From the NCBI GenBank assembly GCA_030390025.1, contig CM059431.1:138758001-138822000 (forward strand): a stretch of 64,000 nucleotides of DNA. The letters run 5' to 3'. Each line of letters starts with the position of its first letter. Positions within the stretch are counted from its first letter, which is position 1. Both the position numbers and the translations under genes were made by a program. The DNA is from Squalus acanthias. Lineage: Eukaryota. Shown here piece by piece: positions 13,701-26,800 of the stretch. The notes under the pieces are model-generated. The model was not told the DNA's origin. It saw nothing but the letters and a program-made list of their open reading frames with translations, and did not search any database.

Positions 13701-14677
13701 CTGTGCCCGGTAAGGTGACCAGAGTCGGGGACCTGCTCGATGGCGGAGGAGCAGGCTGGATGGCGCCAGAGGAGTTGGCGAGGCGCATGTCCTGGGTCAA
13801 CGTCCGGCTCACGGTCAAAGCCATCGAGTCGCTAAAAGTGGCACTGGGCCCCGTCTCCACTAGGTGTGTCGAGGAGGCTCAGGCACGTGGGGCGATCCCG
13901 TCCGAACTGACCCCCGTTCGGACGGAATTCCTTATCGGCGCCCGGCCCCGAATCCTCCCTCGGGAGCCGCCGCCTCACCACTTGAGCCTTCTCGGAGAAA
14001 TGCCCTCCGTGCCCTTTCAATCCGCACGGAGGCGTTTCCTGTACGGGCTGCTCCTGCACACTCTCCACTTTGCCATCTTCGTCTGCCGTCCGGACACGCC
14101 TTGGCGTACCATCCTGCCGTCCGGCGGAGGCGAAGGTCCCCATTGGAAGGCTCTCTACGCGGGAGTCTTCCCTTGTTCTATTGGGGACTTGGCCTGGAGG
14201 GTGTTGCACGGAGCAGTCCCGTGCAATAGGATTTTAAGTAGGTTTACGGACTCCCAGGCTGCTTGCCATTTCTGCGGCCTGGAGGAGTCCGTCTATCACA
14301 TTTATATTGAGTGTGAGAGGTTGCAGCCCCTCTTTCATTATTTGAAGGGACTGCTCCTCAATTTCTGGTTGCACTTCAGCCCCACGCTCCTGATCTACGG
14401 TCACCCGGTGCGGAGGGGAGCGGGTAGGTCGGAGGACCTCCTCGTAGGACTGCTCCTGGGCCTGGCCAAGAAAGCCATTAATTGGTCCAGGCAGCGGGCG
14501 GTCGAGGGGGTCGTTCGGCCCGATTGCCTGCCTCTCTTCCGCGGCCATGTTCGCGCCCGGGTGGCCCTGGAGATGGAGCACGCGGTGTCCGCCGGCACGC
14601 TTGAGTTTTTCCGCGACCGGTGGGCGCCGCGGGGGCTGGAGTGCATCGTCACCCCGGACTTCCAAATTTTGATTTGA
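10778..14677 (+). CDS. Tx1 ORF2 endonuclease/reverse transcriptase with one in-frame stop (TAG 13469-13471)
   Basis: APE motifs SLNING, LQETH, GGDFN, RIDR, TDHH. RT motifs GKSPGLDG, LDQEKAFD, GVRQGCP, YADD. C-terminal CHFCG..ESVYHIYIEC. ORF 13508-14677 is in the same frame as 10760-13471. Confidence 0.93.
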
Positions 14678-14744
14678 TTTATTAAGTTTCATTTAAAGTT
14701 TTAATTGATTTACAGTAAATTTTGATTTGTTCAACCAAAAAGAG

Positions 14745-14819
14745 CAACACCAGGTTATAGTCCAACAGATTTATTTAATTTTACAAGCTTTCGGAGCAGT
14801 TCGCTCCTTCGTCAGGTAA
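14745..14819 (-). mobile_element. Penelope-type terminal repeat fragment, right part
   Basis: Repeats the last 53 nt of 7513-7620, then completes the motif with agttcgctccttcgtcaggtaa. Confidence 0.65.
14781..14819 (-). ncRNA. Minimal type-I hammerhead ribozyme motif
   Basis: Minus strand reads UUAC-CUGACGA-A-GGAGC(GAACU)GCUCC-GAAA-GC-UU-GUAA: core boxes CUGANGA and GAAA, 5-bp stem II, palindromic loop-less stem III (AAGCUU), 4-bp stem I (UUAC/GUAA). Confidence 0.7.
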
Positions 14820-14834
14820 GTTTAGCAGTTTAGC

Positions 14835-17800
14835 ATTTAGGGGAACACAGTAACTGTTTAATTAGAAATAGTGGACAGGGTAATTTAGGGGAACACATGA
14901 ACAGTTTAATTAGAGATAATGGACAGGGTAAATTAGGGGAACACAGTAACTGTTTAATTAGAAATAGTGGACAGGGTAATTTAGGGGAACACAGGAACAG
15001 TTTAATTAGAGATAGAGGACAAGGTAATTTAAGAGAACACAGTAACTGTGTAATTAGAGATAGAGGACAGGGCAATTTAGGGGAAGACAGTGAATGTAAT
15101 TAGAGATAGAGGACAGGGTAATTTAGGAGAAGAAAGTAAATGTAATTAGAGATAGAGGACAGGGTAATTTAGGGGAAGACCGTAATTATGTAATTAGAGA
15201 TAGAGGACAGGGTAATTTAGGGGAAGACAGTGAATGTAATTAAAGATAGAGGACAGGGTAATTTAGGGGAACACCGTAATTATGTAATTAGAGATAGAGG
15301 ACAGGGTAATTTAGGGCAACACTGTAACAGTTTAATTAGAGATAGAGGACAGGGTAATTTAGGGGAAGACAGTGAATGTAATTAGAGATAGAGGACAGGG
15401 TAATTTAGGGGAACACAGTAACGGTGTAATTGGAGATAGAGGACAGGGTCATTTAGGGGAACACAGTAACTGTGTAATTAGAGATAGAGGACAGGGTAAT
15501 TTAGGGGAACACATGAACAGTTTAATTAGAGATAATGGACAGGGTAAATTACGGGAACACAGTAACTGTTTAATTAGAAATAGTGGACAGGGTAATTTAG
15601 GGGAACACAGTAACAGATTAATTAAAGATAATGGACAGGGTAAATAAGGGGAACACAATAACTGTTTAAATAGAGATAGGGGACAAGGTAATTTAGGGGA
15701 ACACAGTAACTGTGTAATTAGAGATAGAGGACAGGGTAATTTAGGGGAACACAGTAACAGTTTAATTAGAGATAGAGGACATGGTAATTTAGGAGAACAC
15801 AGTAACTGTGTAATTAGAGATAGAGGACAGGGTAATTTAGGGGAAGACAGTAAATGTAATTAGAGCTAGAGGACAGGAAAATTTAGGGGAACACAGTAAC
15901 TGTGTAATTAGAGATAGAGGACAGGGTAATTTAGGGGAACACAGTAACTGTTTAATTAGAGATAGAGGACATGGTAATTTAGGAGAACACAGTAACTGTG
16001 TAATTAGAGATAGAGGGCAGGGTAATTTAGGGGAACACAGTAACTGTGTAATTAGAGATAGAGGACAGGTTAATTTAGGGGAACACAGTAACTGTGTAAT
16101 TAGAGATAGAGGACAGGGTCATTTAGGGGAACACAGTAACTGTGTAATTAGAGATAGAGGACAGGGTAATTTAGGGGAACACAGTAACTGTGTAATTAGA
16201 GATAGAGGACATGGTAAATTAGGGGAACACAGTAACTGTGTAATTAGAGATAGAGGGCAGGGTAATTTAGGGGATCACAGTAACTGTGTAATTAGAGATA
16301 GAGTACAGGGTAATTTAGGGGAAGACAGTAACTCTGTAATTAGAAATAGTGGACAGTGTAATTTAGGGGAACACAGTAACAGTTTAATTAAAATAATGGA
16401 CAGGGTAATTTAGGGGAACACAATAACTGTTTAATTAGAGATAGTGGACAGGATAATTTAGGGGAACACAGTAACTGTGTAATTAGAAATAGAGGACAGG
16501 GTCATTTAGGGGAACACAGTAACTGTGTAATTAGAGATAGTGGACAGGGTAATTTAGGTGAACACAGTAACTGTTTAATTAGAAATAGAGGGCAGGGTAA
16601 TTTAGGTAAACACAGTAACTGTGTAATTAGAGATAGAGGACAGGGTAATTTAGGGGAACACAGTAACTGTGTAATTAGAGATAGAGGACAGGGTAATTTA
16701 GGGGAACACAGTAACTGTGTAATTAGAGATAGAGGACAGGGTAATTTAGGGGAACACAGTAACTGTGTAATTAGAGATAGAGGACAGGGTAATTTAGGGG
16801 AACACGTGAACAGATTAATTGGAGATAATGGACAGGGTAAATTACTGGAACACAGTAACTGTTTAATTAGAAATAGTGGACAGGGTAATTTAGGGGAGCA
16901 CAGTAACAGTTTAATTAGAGATAATGGACAGGGTAAATAAGGGGAGCACAATAACTGTTCAATTAGATATAGAGGACAAGGTAATTTAGGGGAACACAGC
17001 AACTGTGTAATTAGAGATCGAGGACAGGGTAGTTTAGGTGAACACAGTAACTGTGTAATTAGAGATAGTGGACAGGATAATTCAGGCGAACACAGTAACT
17101 GTGTAATTAGAGATAGAGCGCAGGGTAATTTAGGGGAACAAAGTAACTGTGTAATTAGAGATAGAGGACAGGGTAATTTAGGGGAACACAGTAACTGTGT
17201 AATTAGAAATAGAGGACAGGGTCATTTAGGGGAACACAGTAACTGTGTAATTAGAGATAGTGGACAGGGTAATTTAGGTGAACACAGTAACTGTTTAATT
17301 AGAAATAGAGGGCAGGGTAATTTAGGTAAACACAGTAACTGTGTAATTAGAGATAGAGGACAGGGTAATTTAGGGGAACACAGTAACTGTGTAATTAGAG
17401 ATAGAGGACAGGGTAATTTAGGGGAACACATGAACAGATTAATTGGAGATAATGGACAGGGTAAATTACTGGAACACAGTAACTGTTTAATTAGAAATAG
17501 TGGACAGGGTAATTTAGGGGAGCACAGTAACAGTTTAATTAGAGATAATGGACAGGGTAAATAAGGGGAGCACAATAACTGTTCAATTAGACATAGAGGA
17601 CAAGGTAATTTAGGGGAACACAGTAACTGTGTAATTAGAGATAGAGCATAGTGTAATTTAGATAAACACAGTAACTCTGTAATTAGAGATAGAGGACAGG
17701 GTAATTTAGGGGAACACAGTAACTGTGTAATTAGAGACAGAGCACAGGGTAATTTAGGGGAACACAGTAACTGTGTAATTAGAGATAGAACAGGGTAATT

Positions 17801-20800
17801 TAGATGAACACAGTAACTGTGTAATTAGAGATAGAGGACAGGGTAATTTAGGGGAACACAGTAACTGTGTAATTAGAGATAGAGGACAGGGTAATTTAGG
17901 GGAACACAGTAACTGTGTAATTAGAGATAGAGCACAGGGTAATTTAGGGGAACACAGTAACTGTGTAATTAGAGATAGAACAGGGTAATTTTGATGAACA
18001 CAGTAACTGTGTAATTAGAGATAGAGGACAGGGTAATTTAGGGGAACACAGTAACTGTGTAATTAGAGATAGAGGACAGGGCCATTTAGGGGAACACAGT
18101 AACTGTGTAATTAGAGATAGAGGGCAGGATAATTTAGGGGAACACTGTAACAGTTTAATTAGAGATAGAGGACAGGGTAATTTAGGGGAAAACAGTAACA
18201 GTTTAATTAGAGTTAGAGGACAGGATAATTTAGGGGAAGACAGTAAATGTAATTAGAGATAGAGGACAGGGTAATTTAGGGGAACACAGTAACTATGTAA
18301 TTAGAGATAGAGGACAGGGTAATTTAAGGGAACACAGTAACTATGTAATTAGAGATAGAGGACAGGGTAAATTAGGGGAACACAATAACTATATAATTAG
18401 AGATAGAGGACAAGGTAATTTAGGGGAACACAGTAAATATGTAATTAGAAATAGTGGACAGGGTAAATTAGGGGAACACAATAACTGTTTAATTAGAGAT
18501 AGAGGACAAGTTAATTTAGGGGAACACAGTAACTATGTAATTAGAAATAGTGGACAGGGTAATTTAGGGGAGCACCGTAACAGTTTAATTAGAGATAGAG
18601 GACAGGGTAATTTACGGGAAGACAGAGAATGTAATTAGAGATAGAGGACAGGGTAATTTAGGGGAACACAGTAACTATGTAATTGGAAATAGTGGACAGG
18701 GTAAATTAGGGGAACACAATAACTGTTTAATTAGAGATAGAGGACAAGTTAATTTAGGGGAACACAGTAACTATGTAATTAGAAATAGTGGACAGGGTAA
18801 TTTAGGGGAACACCGTAACAGTTTAATTAGAGATAGAGGACAAGTTAATTTAGGGGAACACAGTAACTATGTAATTAGAGATAGAGGACAGGGTAATTTA
18901 GGGGAACACAGTAAATGCGGAATTAGAGATAGAGCACAGGGTAATTTAGATAAACACAGCAACTCTGTAATTAGAGATAGAGGACAAGGTAATTTAGGCT
19001 AACGCAGTTACTATGTAATAAGAAATAGTGGACTGGGTAAATTAGGGGAACACAGTAACTATGTAATTAGAAATAGTGGACAGGTTAATTTAGGGGAACA
19101 CAGTAACAGTTTAATTAGAGATAGAGGAGAGGGAAATTTGGGGGAACACAGTAACTATGTAATTAGAGATAGAGGACAGGGTAATTTAGGGGAACACAGT
19201 AACTGTGTAATTAGAGATAGAGGACAGGATAATTCAGGCGAAAACAGTAACTGTGTAATTGGAGATAGAGGACAGGGTAATTTAGGGGTACACAGTAACT
19301 GTGTAATTAGAGATAGAGCACAGGGTAATTTAGATGAACACAGTAACTCTGTAATTAGAGATAGAGGACAGGGTAATTTACGGGAACATAGTAACTGTGT
19401 AATTAGAGATAGAGGACAAGGCCATTTAGGGGAACACAGTAACTGTGTAATTAGAGATAATGGACAGGGTAATTTAGGGGAACACAGTAACAGTTTAATT
19501 AGAGATAATGGACAGGGGAATTTAGGGGAAGTCAGTAAATATAATTAGAGATAGAGGACAGGGTAATTTAGGGGAACACAGTAACTATGTAATTAGAGAT
19601 AGAGGACAGGGTAATTTAAGGGAACACAGTAACTATGTAATTAGAAATAGTGGACAGGGTAAATTAGGGGAACACAATAACTGTTTAATTAGAGATAGAG
19701 GACAAGGTAATTTAGGCTAACGCAGTTACTATGTAATTAGAAATAGTGGACTGGGTAAATTAGGGGAACACAGTAACTATGTAATTAGAAATAGTGGACA
19801 GGTTAATTTAGGGGAACACAGTAACAGTTTAATTAGAGATAGAGGAGAGGGAAATTTGGGGGAACACAGTAACTATGTAATTAGAGGTAGAGCACAGGGT
19901 AATTTAAATGAACACAATAACAGTTTAATTAAAATAATGGACAGGGTAAATTAGGGGAACACAATAACTGTTTAATTAGAGATAGAGGACAATGTAATCT
20001 AGGGGGACACAGTAACTGTGTAACTAGAGTTAGAGGACAGGGTAGTTTAGGTGAACACAGTAACTGTGTAATTAGAGATAGAGGGCAGGGTAATTTAGGG
20101 GAACACAGCAACCGTGCAATTAGAGATAGAGGAATGGGTAATTTAGGTGAACACAGTAACTGTGTAATTAGAGATAGAGGGCAGGGTAATTTAGGGGAAC
20201 ACAGTAACTGTGTAATTAGAGATAGAGGGCAGGGTAATTTAGGGGAACACAGTAACTGTGTAATTAGAGATAGAGGAGAGGATCATTTAGGGGAACACAG
20301 TAACTGTGTAATTAGAGATAGAGGAAAGGATAATTTAGGGGAACACAGTAACTGTGTAATTAGAGATAGTGGACAGGGTAATTTAGGTGAAAACAGTAAC
20401 TGTTTAATTAGAAATAGAGGGCAGGGTAATTTAGGTAAACACAGTAACTGTGTAATTAGAGATAGAGGACAGGGTAATTTAGGGGATCACAGTAACTGTG
20501 TAATTAGAGATAGAGGACAGGGTAATTTAGGGGAACACATGAACAGTTTAATTAGAGATAAAGGACAGGGTAAATTATGGGAACACAGTATCTGTTTAAT
20601 TAGAAATAGTGGACTGTGTAATTTAGGGGAGCACAGTAACAGTTTAATTAGAGATAATGGACAGGGTAAATAAGGGGAACACAATAACTGTGTAATTCGA
20701 GATAGAGGACATGGTAGTTTAGGAGAACACAGTAACTGTGTAATTAGAGATAGATGACAGGGTAATTTAGATAAACACAGCAACTCTGTAATTAGAGATA

Positions 20801-23800
20801 GAGGACAGGGTAATTTAGGGGAACACAGTAACTGTGTAATTAGAGATAGAGCACAGGGTAATTTAGGGGAACACAGCAACTGTGTAATTAGAGATAGAAC
20901 AGGGTAATTTAGATGAACACAGCAACTCTGTAATTAGAGATAGAGGACAGGGTAATTTAGGGGAACACAGTAACTGTGTAATTAGAGATAGAGGACAGGG
21001 GAATTTAGGGGAAGACAGTAAATGTAATTATTAATAGAGGACAGGGTAATTTAGGGGAACACAGTAACTATGTAATTAGAGATAGAGGACAGGGTAATTT
21101 AGGGGAAAACAGTAACAGTTTAATTAGAGATAGAGGACAGGATAATTTAGGGGAAGACAGTAAATGTAATTAGAGATAGAGGACAGGGTAATTTAAGGGA
21201 ACACAGTAACTATGTAATTAGAAATAGTGGACAGGGTAAATTAGGGGAACACAATAACTATATAATTAGAGATAGAGGACAAGGTAATTTAGGGGAACAC
21301 AGTAACTATGTAATTAGAAATAGTGGACAGGGTAATTTAGGGGAGCACCGTAACAGTTTAATTAGAGATAGAGGACAGGGTAATTTAGGGGAAGACAGAG
21401 AATGTAATTAGAGATAGAGGACAGGGTAATTTAAGGGAACACAGTAACTATGTAATTAGAAATAGTGGACAGGGTAAATTAGGGGAACACAATAACTGTT
21501 TAATTAGAGATAGAGGACAAAGTAATTTAGGGGAACACAGTAACTATGTAATTAGAAATAGTGGACAGGGTAATTTAGGGGAACACCGTAACAGTTTAAT
21601 TAGAGATAGAGGACAGTGTAATTTAGGGGAACACAGTAACTGTGTAATTAGAGATAGAGGACAGGGTCATTTAGGGGAACACAGTAACTGTGTAATTAGA
21701 GATAGAGGACAGGGTAATTTAGGGGAACACAGTAACTGTGTAATTAGAGATAGAGGACAGGGTAATTTAGGGGAACACAGTAACTGTGTAATTAGAGATA
21801 GAGGACAGGGTAATTTAGGGGAACACAGTAACTGTGCAATTAGAGATAGAGGACAGGGTAATTTAGGGGAAGACAGTGATTGTAATTAGAGATAGAGGAC
21901 AGTGTAATTTAGGTAAACACAGTAACTGTGTAATTAGAGATAGAGGACAGGGTAATTTAGGGGAACACAGTAACTGTGTAATTAGAGATAGAGGACAGGG
22001 TCATTTAGGGGAACACAGTAACTGTGTAATTAGAGATAGAGGACAGGGTAATTTAGGGGAACACAGTAACTGTGTAATTAGAGATAGAGGACAGGGTCAT
22101 TTAGGGGAACACAGTAACTGTGTAATTAGAGATAGAGGACAGGTTAATTTAGGGGAACACAGTAACAGTTTAATTAAAATAATGGACAGGGTAATTTAGG
22201 GGTACACAATAACTGTTTAATTAGAGATAGAGGACAGGGTAGTTTAGGTGAACACAGTAACTGTGTAATTAGAGATAGAGGACAGGATAATTCAGGCGGA
22301 CACAGTAACTTTGTAATTAGAGATAGAGCACAGGGTTATTTAGGGGAACACAGTAACTGTGTAATTAGAGATAGTGGACAGGGTAATTTAGGTGAACACA
22401 GCAACTGTTTAATTAGAAATAGAGGGCAGGGTCATTTAGGTAAACACAGTAACTGTGTAAATAGAGATAGAGGACAGGGTAATTTAGTGGAACACAGTAA
22501 CTGTGTAATTAGAGATAGAGGACAGGGTAATTTAGGGGAACACAGTAACAGTTTAATTAGAGATAATGGGCAGGGTAAATAAGGGGAACACAATAACTGT
22601 TTAATTAGAGATAGAGGACAAGGTAATTTAGGGGAACACAGTAACTGTGTAATTAGAGATAGAGGACAGGTTAATTTAGGGGAAGACAGTAAATGTAATT
22701 AGAGATAGAGCACAGGGTAATTTAGATAAACACAGCAACTCTGTAATTAGAGATAGAGGACAGGGTAATTTAGGGGAACACAGTAACTGTGTAATTAGAG
22801 ATAGAGGACAGGGTAATTTAGATGAACACAGTAATTCTGTAATTAGAGATAGAGGACAGGGTAATTTACCGGAACATAGTAACTGTGTAATTAGAGATAG
22901 AGGACAGGGCCATTTAGGGGAACACAGTAACTGTGTAATTAGAGATAGAGGGTAGGGTAATTTAGGGGAACACAGTAACAGTTTAATTAGAGATAATGGA
23001 CAGGGTAATTTAGGGGAACACAGTAACAGTTTAATTAGAGATAATGGACAGGGGAATTTAGCGGAAGTCAGTAAATGTAATTAGAGATAGAGAACAGGGT
23101 AATTTAGGGGAACACAGTAACTATGTAATTAGAGATAGAGGACAGGGTAATTTAGGGGAAAACAGTAACAGTTTAATTAGAGATAGAGGACAGGATAATT
23201 TAGGGGAAGACAGTAAATGTAATTAGAGATAGAGGACAGGGTAATTTAGGGGAACACAGTAACTATGTAATTAGAGATAGAGGACAGGGTAATTTAAGGG
23301 AACACAGTAACTATGTAATTAGAAATAGTGGACAGGGTAAATTAGGGGAACACAATAACTGTTTAATTAGAGATAGAGGACAAGGTAATTTAGGCTAACG
23401 CAGTTACTATGTAATTAGAAATAGTGGACTGGGTAAATTAGGGGAACACAGTAACTATGTAATTAGAAATAGTGGACAGGTTAATTTAGGGGAACACAGT
23501 AACAGTTTAATTAGAGATAGAGGAGAGGGAAATTTGGGGGAACACAGTAACTACGTAATTAGAGGTAGAGGACAGGGTAATTTAAATGAACACAGTAACA
23601 GTTTAATTAAAATAATGGACAGGGTAAATTAGGGGAACACAATAACTGTTTAATTAGAGATAGAGGACAATGTAATCTAGGGGGACACAGTAACTGTGTA
23701 ACTAGAGTTAGAAGACAGGGTAGTTTAGGTGAACACAGTAACTGTGTAATTAGAGATAGAGGACACGGTAATTTAGGGGAACACAGTAACTGTGTAATTA

Positions 23801-26800
23801 GAGATAGAGGGCAGGGTAATTTAGGGGAACACAGCATCCGTGCAATTAGAGATAGAGGAAAGGGTAATTTAGGTGAACACAGTAACTGTGTAATTAGAGA
23901 TAGAGGAAAGGGTAATTTAGGTGAACACAGTAACTGTTTAATTGGAGATAGAGGAAAGGGTAATTTAGGTGAACACAGTAATTGTGTAATTAGAGATAGA
24001 GGGCAGGGTAATTTAGGGGAACACAGTAACTGTGTAATTAGAGATAGAGGAAAGGGTAATTTAGGTGAACACAGTAACTGCTTAATTAGAGATAGAGGGC
24101 AGGGTAATTTAGGTAAACACAGTAACTGTGTAATTAGAGATAGAGGACAGGCTAATTTAGAGGTAGACAGTAACTGTTTAATTAGAGATAGAGGACAGGG
24201 TAATTCAGGGGAACACAGGAAGAGTTTAATTAGATAAGAGGACAAGGTAATTTAGGGGAACACAGCAACTGTGTAGTTAGAGATAGAGGTCAGGGTAATT
24301 TAGGGGAACACAGTAACAGTTTAATTAGAGATAGAGGACAGGGTAATTTAGGGGAAGACAGTAAATGTAATTAGAGATAGAGAACAGGGTAATTTAGGGG
24401 AACACAGTAAATATGTAATTAGAGATAGAGGACAGGGTAATTTAGGGGAAAACAGTAACAGTTTAATTAGAGATAGAGGACAGGATAATTTAGGGGAAGA
24501 CAGTAAATGTAATTAGAGATAGAGGACAGGGTAATTTAAGGGAACACAGTAACTATGTAATTAGAAATAGTGGACAGGGTAAATTAGGGGAACACAATAA
24601 CTGTTTAATTAGAGATAGAGGGCAGGGTAATTTAGGGGAACACAGCATCCGTGCAATTAGAGATAGAGGAAAGGGTAATTTAGGTGAACACAGTAACTGT
24701 GTAATTAGAGATAGAGGAAAGGGTAATTTAGGGGAACACAGTAACTGTGTAATTAGAGATAGAGGGCAGGGTAATTTAGGGGAACACAGCATCCGTGCAA
24801 TTAGAGATAGAGGAAAGGGTAATTTAGGTGAACACAGTAACTGTGTAATTAGAGATAGAGGAAAGGGTAATTTAGGTGAACACAGTAACTGTTTAATTGG
24901 AGATAGAGGGCAGGGTAATTTAGGGGAACACAGTAACTGTGAAATTAGAGATAGAAGAGAGGATCATTTAGGGGAACACAGTAACTGTGTAATTAGAGAT
25001 AGAGGAAAGGGTAATTTAGGTGAATACAGTAACTGTTTAATTAGAGATAGAGGGCAGGGTAATTTAGGTAAACACAGTAACTGTGTAATTAGAGATAGAG
25101 GGCAGGCTAATTTAGGGGTAGACAGTAACTGTTTAATTAGAGATAGAGGACAGGGTAATTCAGGGGAACACAGGAAGAGTTTAATTAGATAAGAGGACAA
25201 GGTAATTTAGGGGAACACAGTAACAGTTTAATTAGAGATAGAGGACAGGGTAATTTAGGGGAAGACAGTAAATGTAATTCAAGATAGACGACAGGGTAAT
25301 TTAGGGGAACACAGTAACTGTGTAATTAGAGATAGAGGACAGGGTAATTTAGGGGAACACAGTAACTGTGTAAATAGAGATAGAGGACAGGGTAATTTAG
25401 GGGAACACAGTAACTGTGTAATTAGAGATAGAGGACAGGGTAATTTAGGGGAACACAGTAACTGTGTAAATAGAGATAGAGGACAGGGTAATTTAGGGGA
25501 AAACAGTAACAGTTTAATTAGAGATAGAGGACAGGATAATTTAGGGGAAGACAGTAAATGTAATTAGAGATAGAGGACAGGGTAATTTAGGGGAACACAG
25601 TAACTATGTAATTAGAGATAGAGGACAGGGTAATTTAAGGGAACACAGTAACTGTTTAATTAGAGATAGAGGACAAGGTAATTTAGGCTAACGCAGTTAC
25701 TATGTAATTAGAAATAGTGGACTGGGTAAATTAGGGGAACACAGTAACTATGAAATTAGAAATAGTGGACAGGTTAATTTAGGGGAACACAGTAACAGTT
25801 TAATTAGAGATAGAGGAGAGGGAAATTTGGGGGAACACAGTAACTACGTAATTAGAGGTAGAGGACAGGGTAATTTAAATGAACACAGTAACAGTTTAAT
25901 TAAAATAATGGACAGGGTAAATTAGGGGAACACAATAACTGTTTAATTAGAGATAGAGGACAATGTAATCTAGGGGGACACAGTAACTGTGTAACTAGAG
26001 TTAGAGGACAGGGTAGTTTAGGTGAACACAGTAACTGTGTAATTAGAGATAGAGGACACGGTAATTTAGGGGAACACAGTAACTGTGTAATTAGAGATAG
26101 AGGGCAGGGTAATTTAGGGGAACACAGCATCCGTGCAATTAGAGATAGAGGAAAGGGTAATTTAGGTGAACACAGTAACTGTGTAATTAGAGATAGAGGA
26201 AAGGGTAATTTAGGTGAACACAGTAACTGTTTAATTGGAGATAGAGGGCAGGGTAATTTAGGGGAACACAGTAACTGTGTAATTAGAGATAGAATAGAGG
26301 ATCATTTAGGGGAACACAGTAACTGTGTAATTAGAGATAGAGGAAAGGGTAATTTAGGTGAACACAGTAACTGTTTAATTAGAGATAGAGGGCAGGGTAA
26401 TTTAGGTAAACACAGTAACTGTGTAATTAGAGATAGAGGGCAGGCTAATTTAGGGGTAGACAGTAACTGTTTAATTAGAGATAGAGGACAGGGTAATTCA
26501 GGGGAACACAGGAAGAGTTTAATTAGAGATAATGGACAGGGTAAATTAGGGGAACACAATAACTGTTTAATTAGATAAGAGGACAAGGTAATTTAGGGGA
26601 ACACAGTAACAGTTTAATTAGAGATAGAGGACAGGGTAATTTAGGGGAAGACAGTAAATGTAATTCAAGATAGACGACAGGGTAATTTAGGGGAACACAG
26701 TAACTGTGTAATTAGAGATAGAGGACAGGGTAATTTAGGGGAACACAGTAACTGTGTAAATAGAGATAGAGGACAGGGTAATTTAGGGGAACACAGTAAC

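Larger units (their letters stand above)
7621..14744 (+). mobile_element. Full-length Tx1-clade (L1 group) non-LTR retrotransposon
   Basis: ~970-bp 5' UTR, ORF1 with CCHC knuckle, ORF2 with APE-RT-zinc finger, and a short AT-rich 3' UTR ending caaccaaaaagag. Flanked by 53-bp imperfect direct repeats (7568-7620 / 14745-14797). Confidence 0.93.

Noticed and set aside
8740..14692. Many overlapping and antisense ORFs within the Tx1 element
   Set aside because: Expected from high GC content; no recognisable domains.
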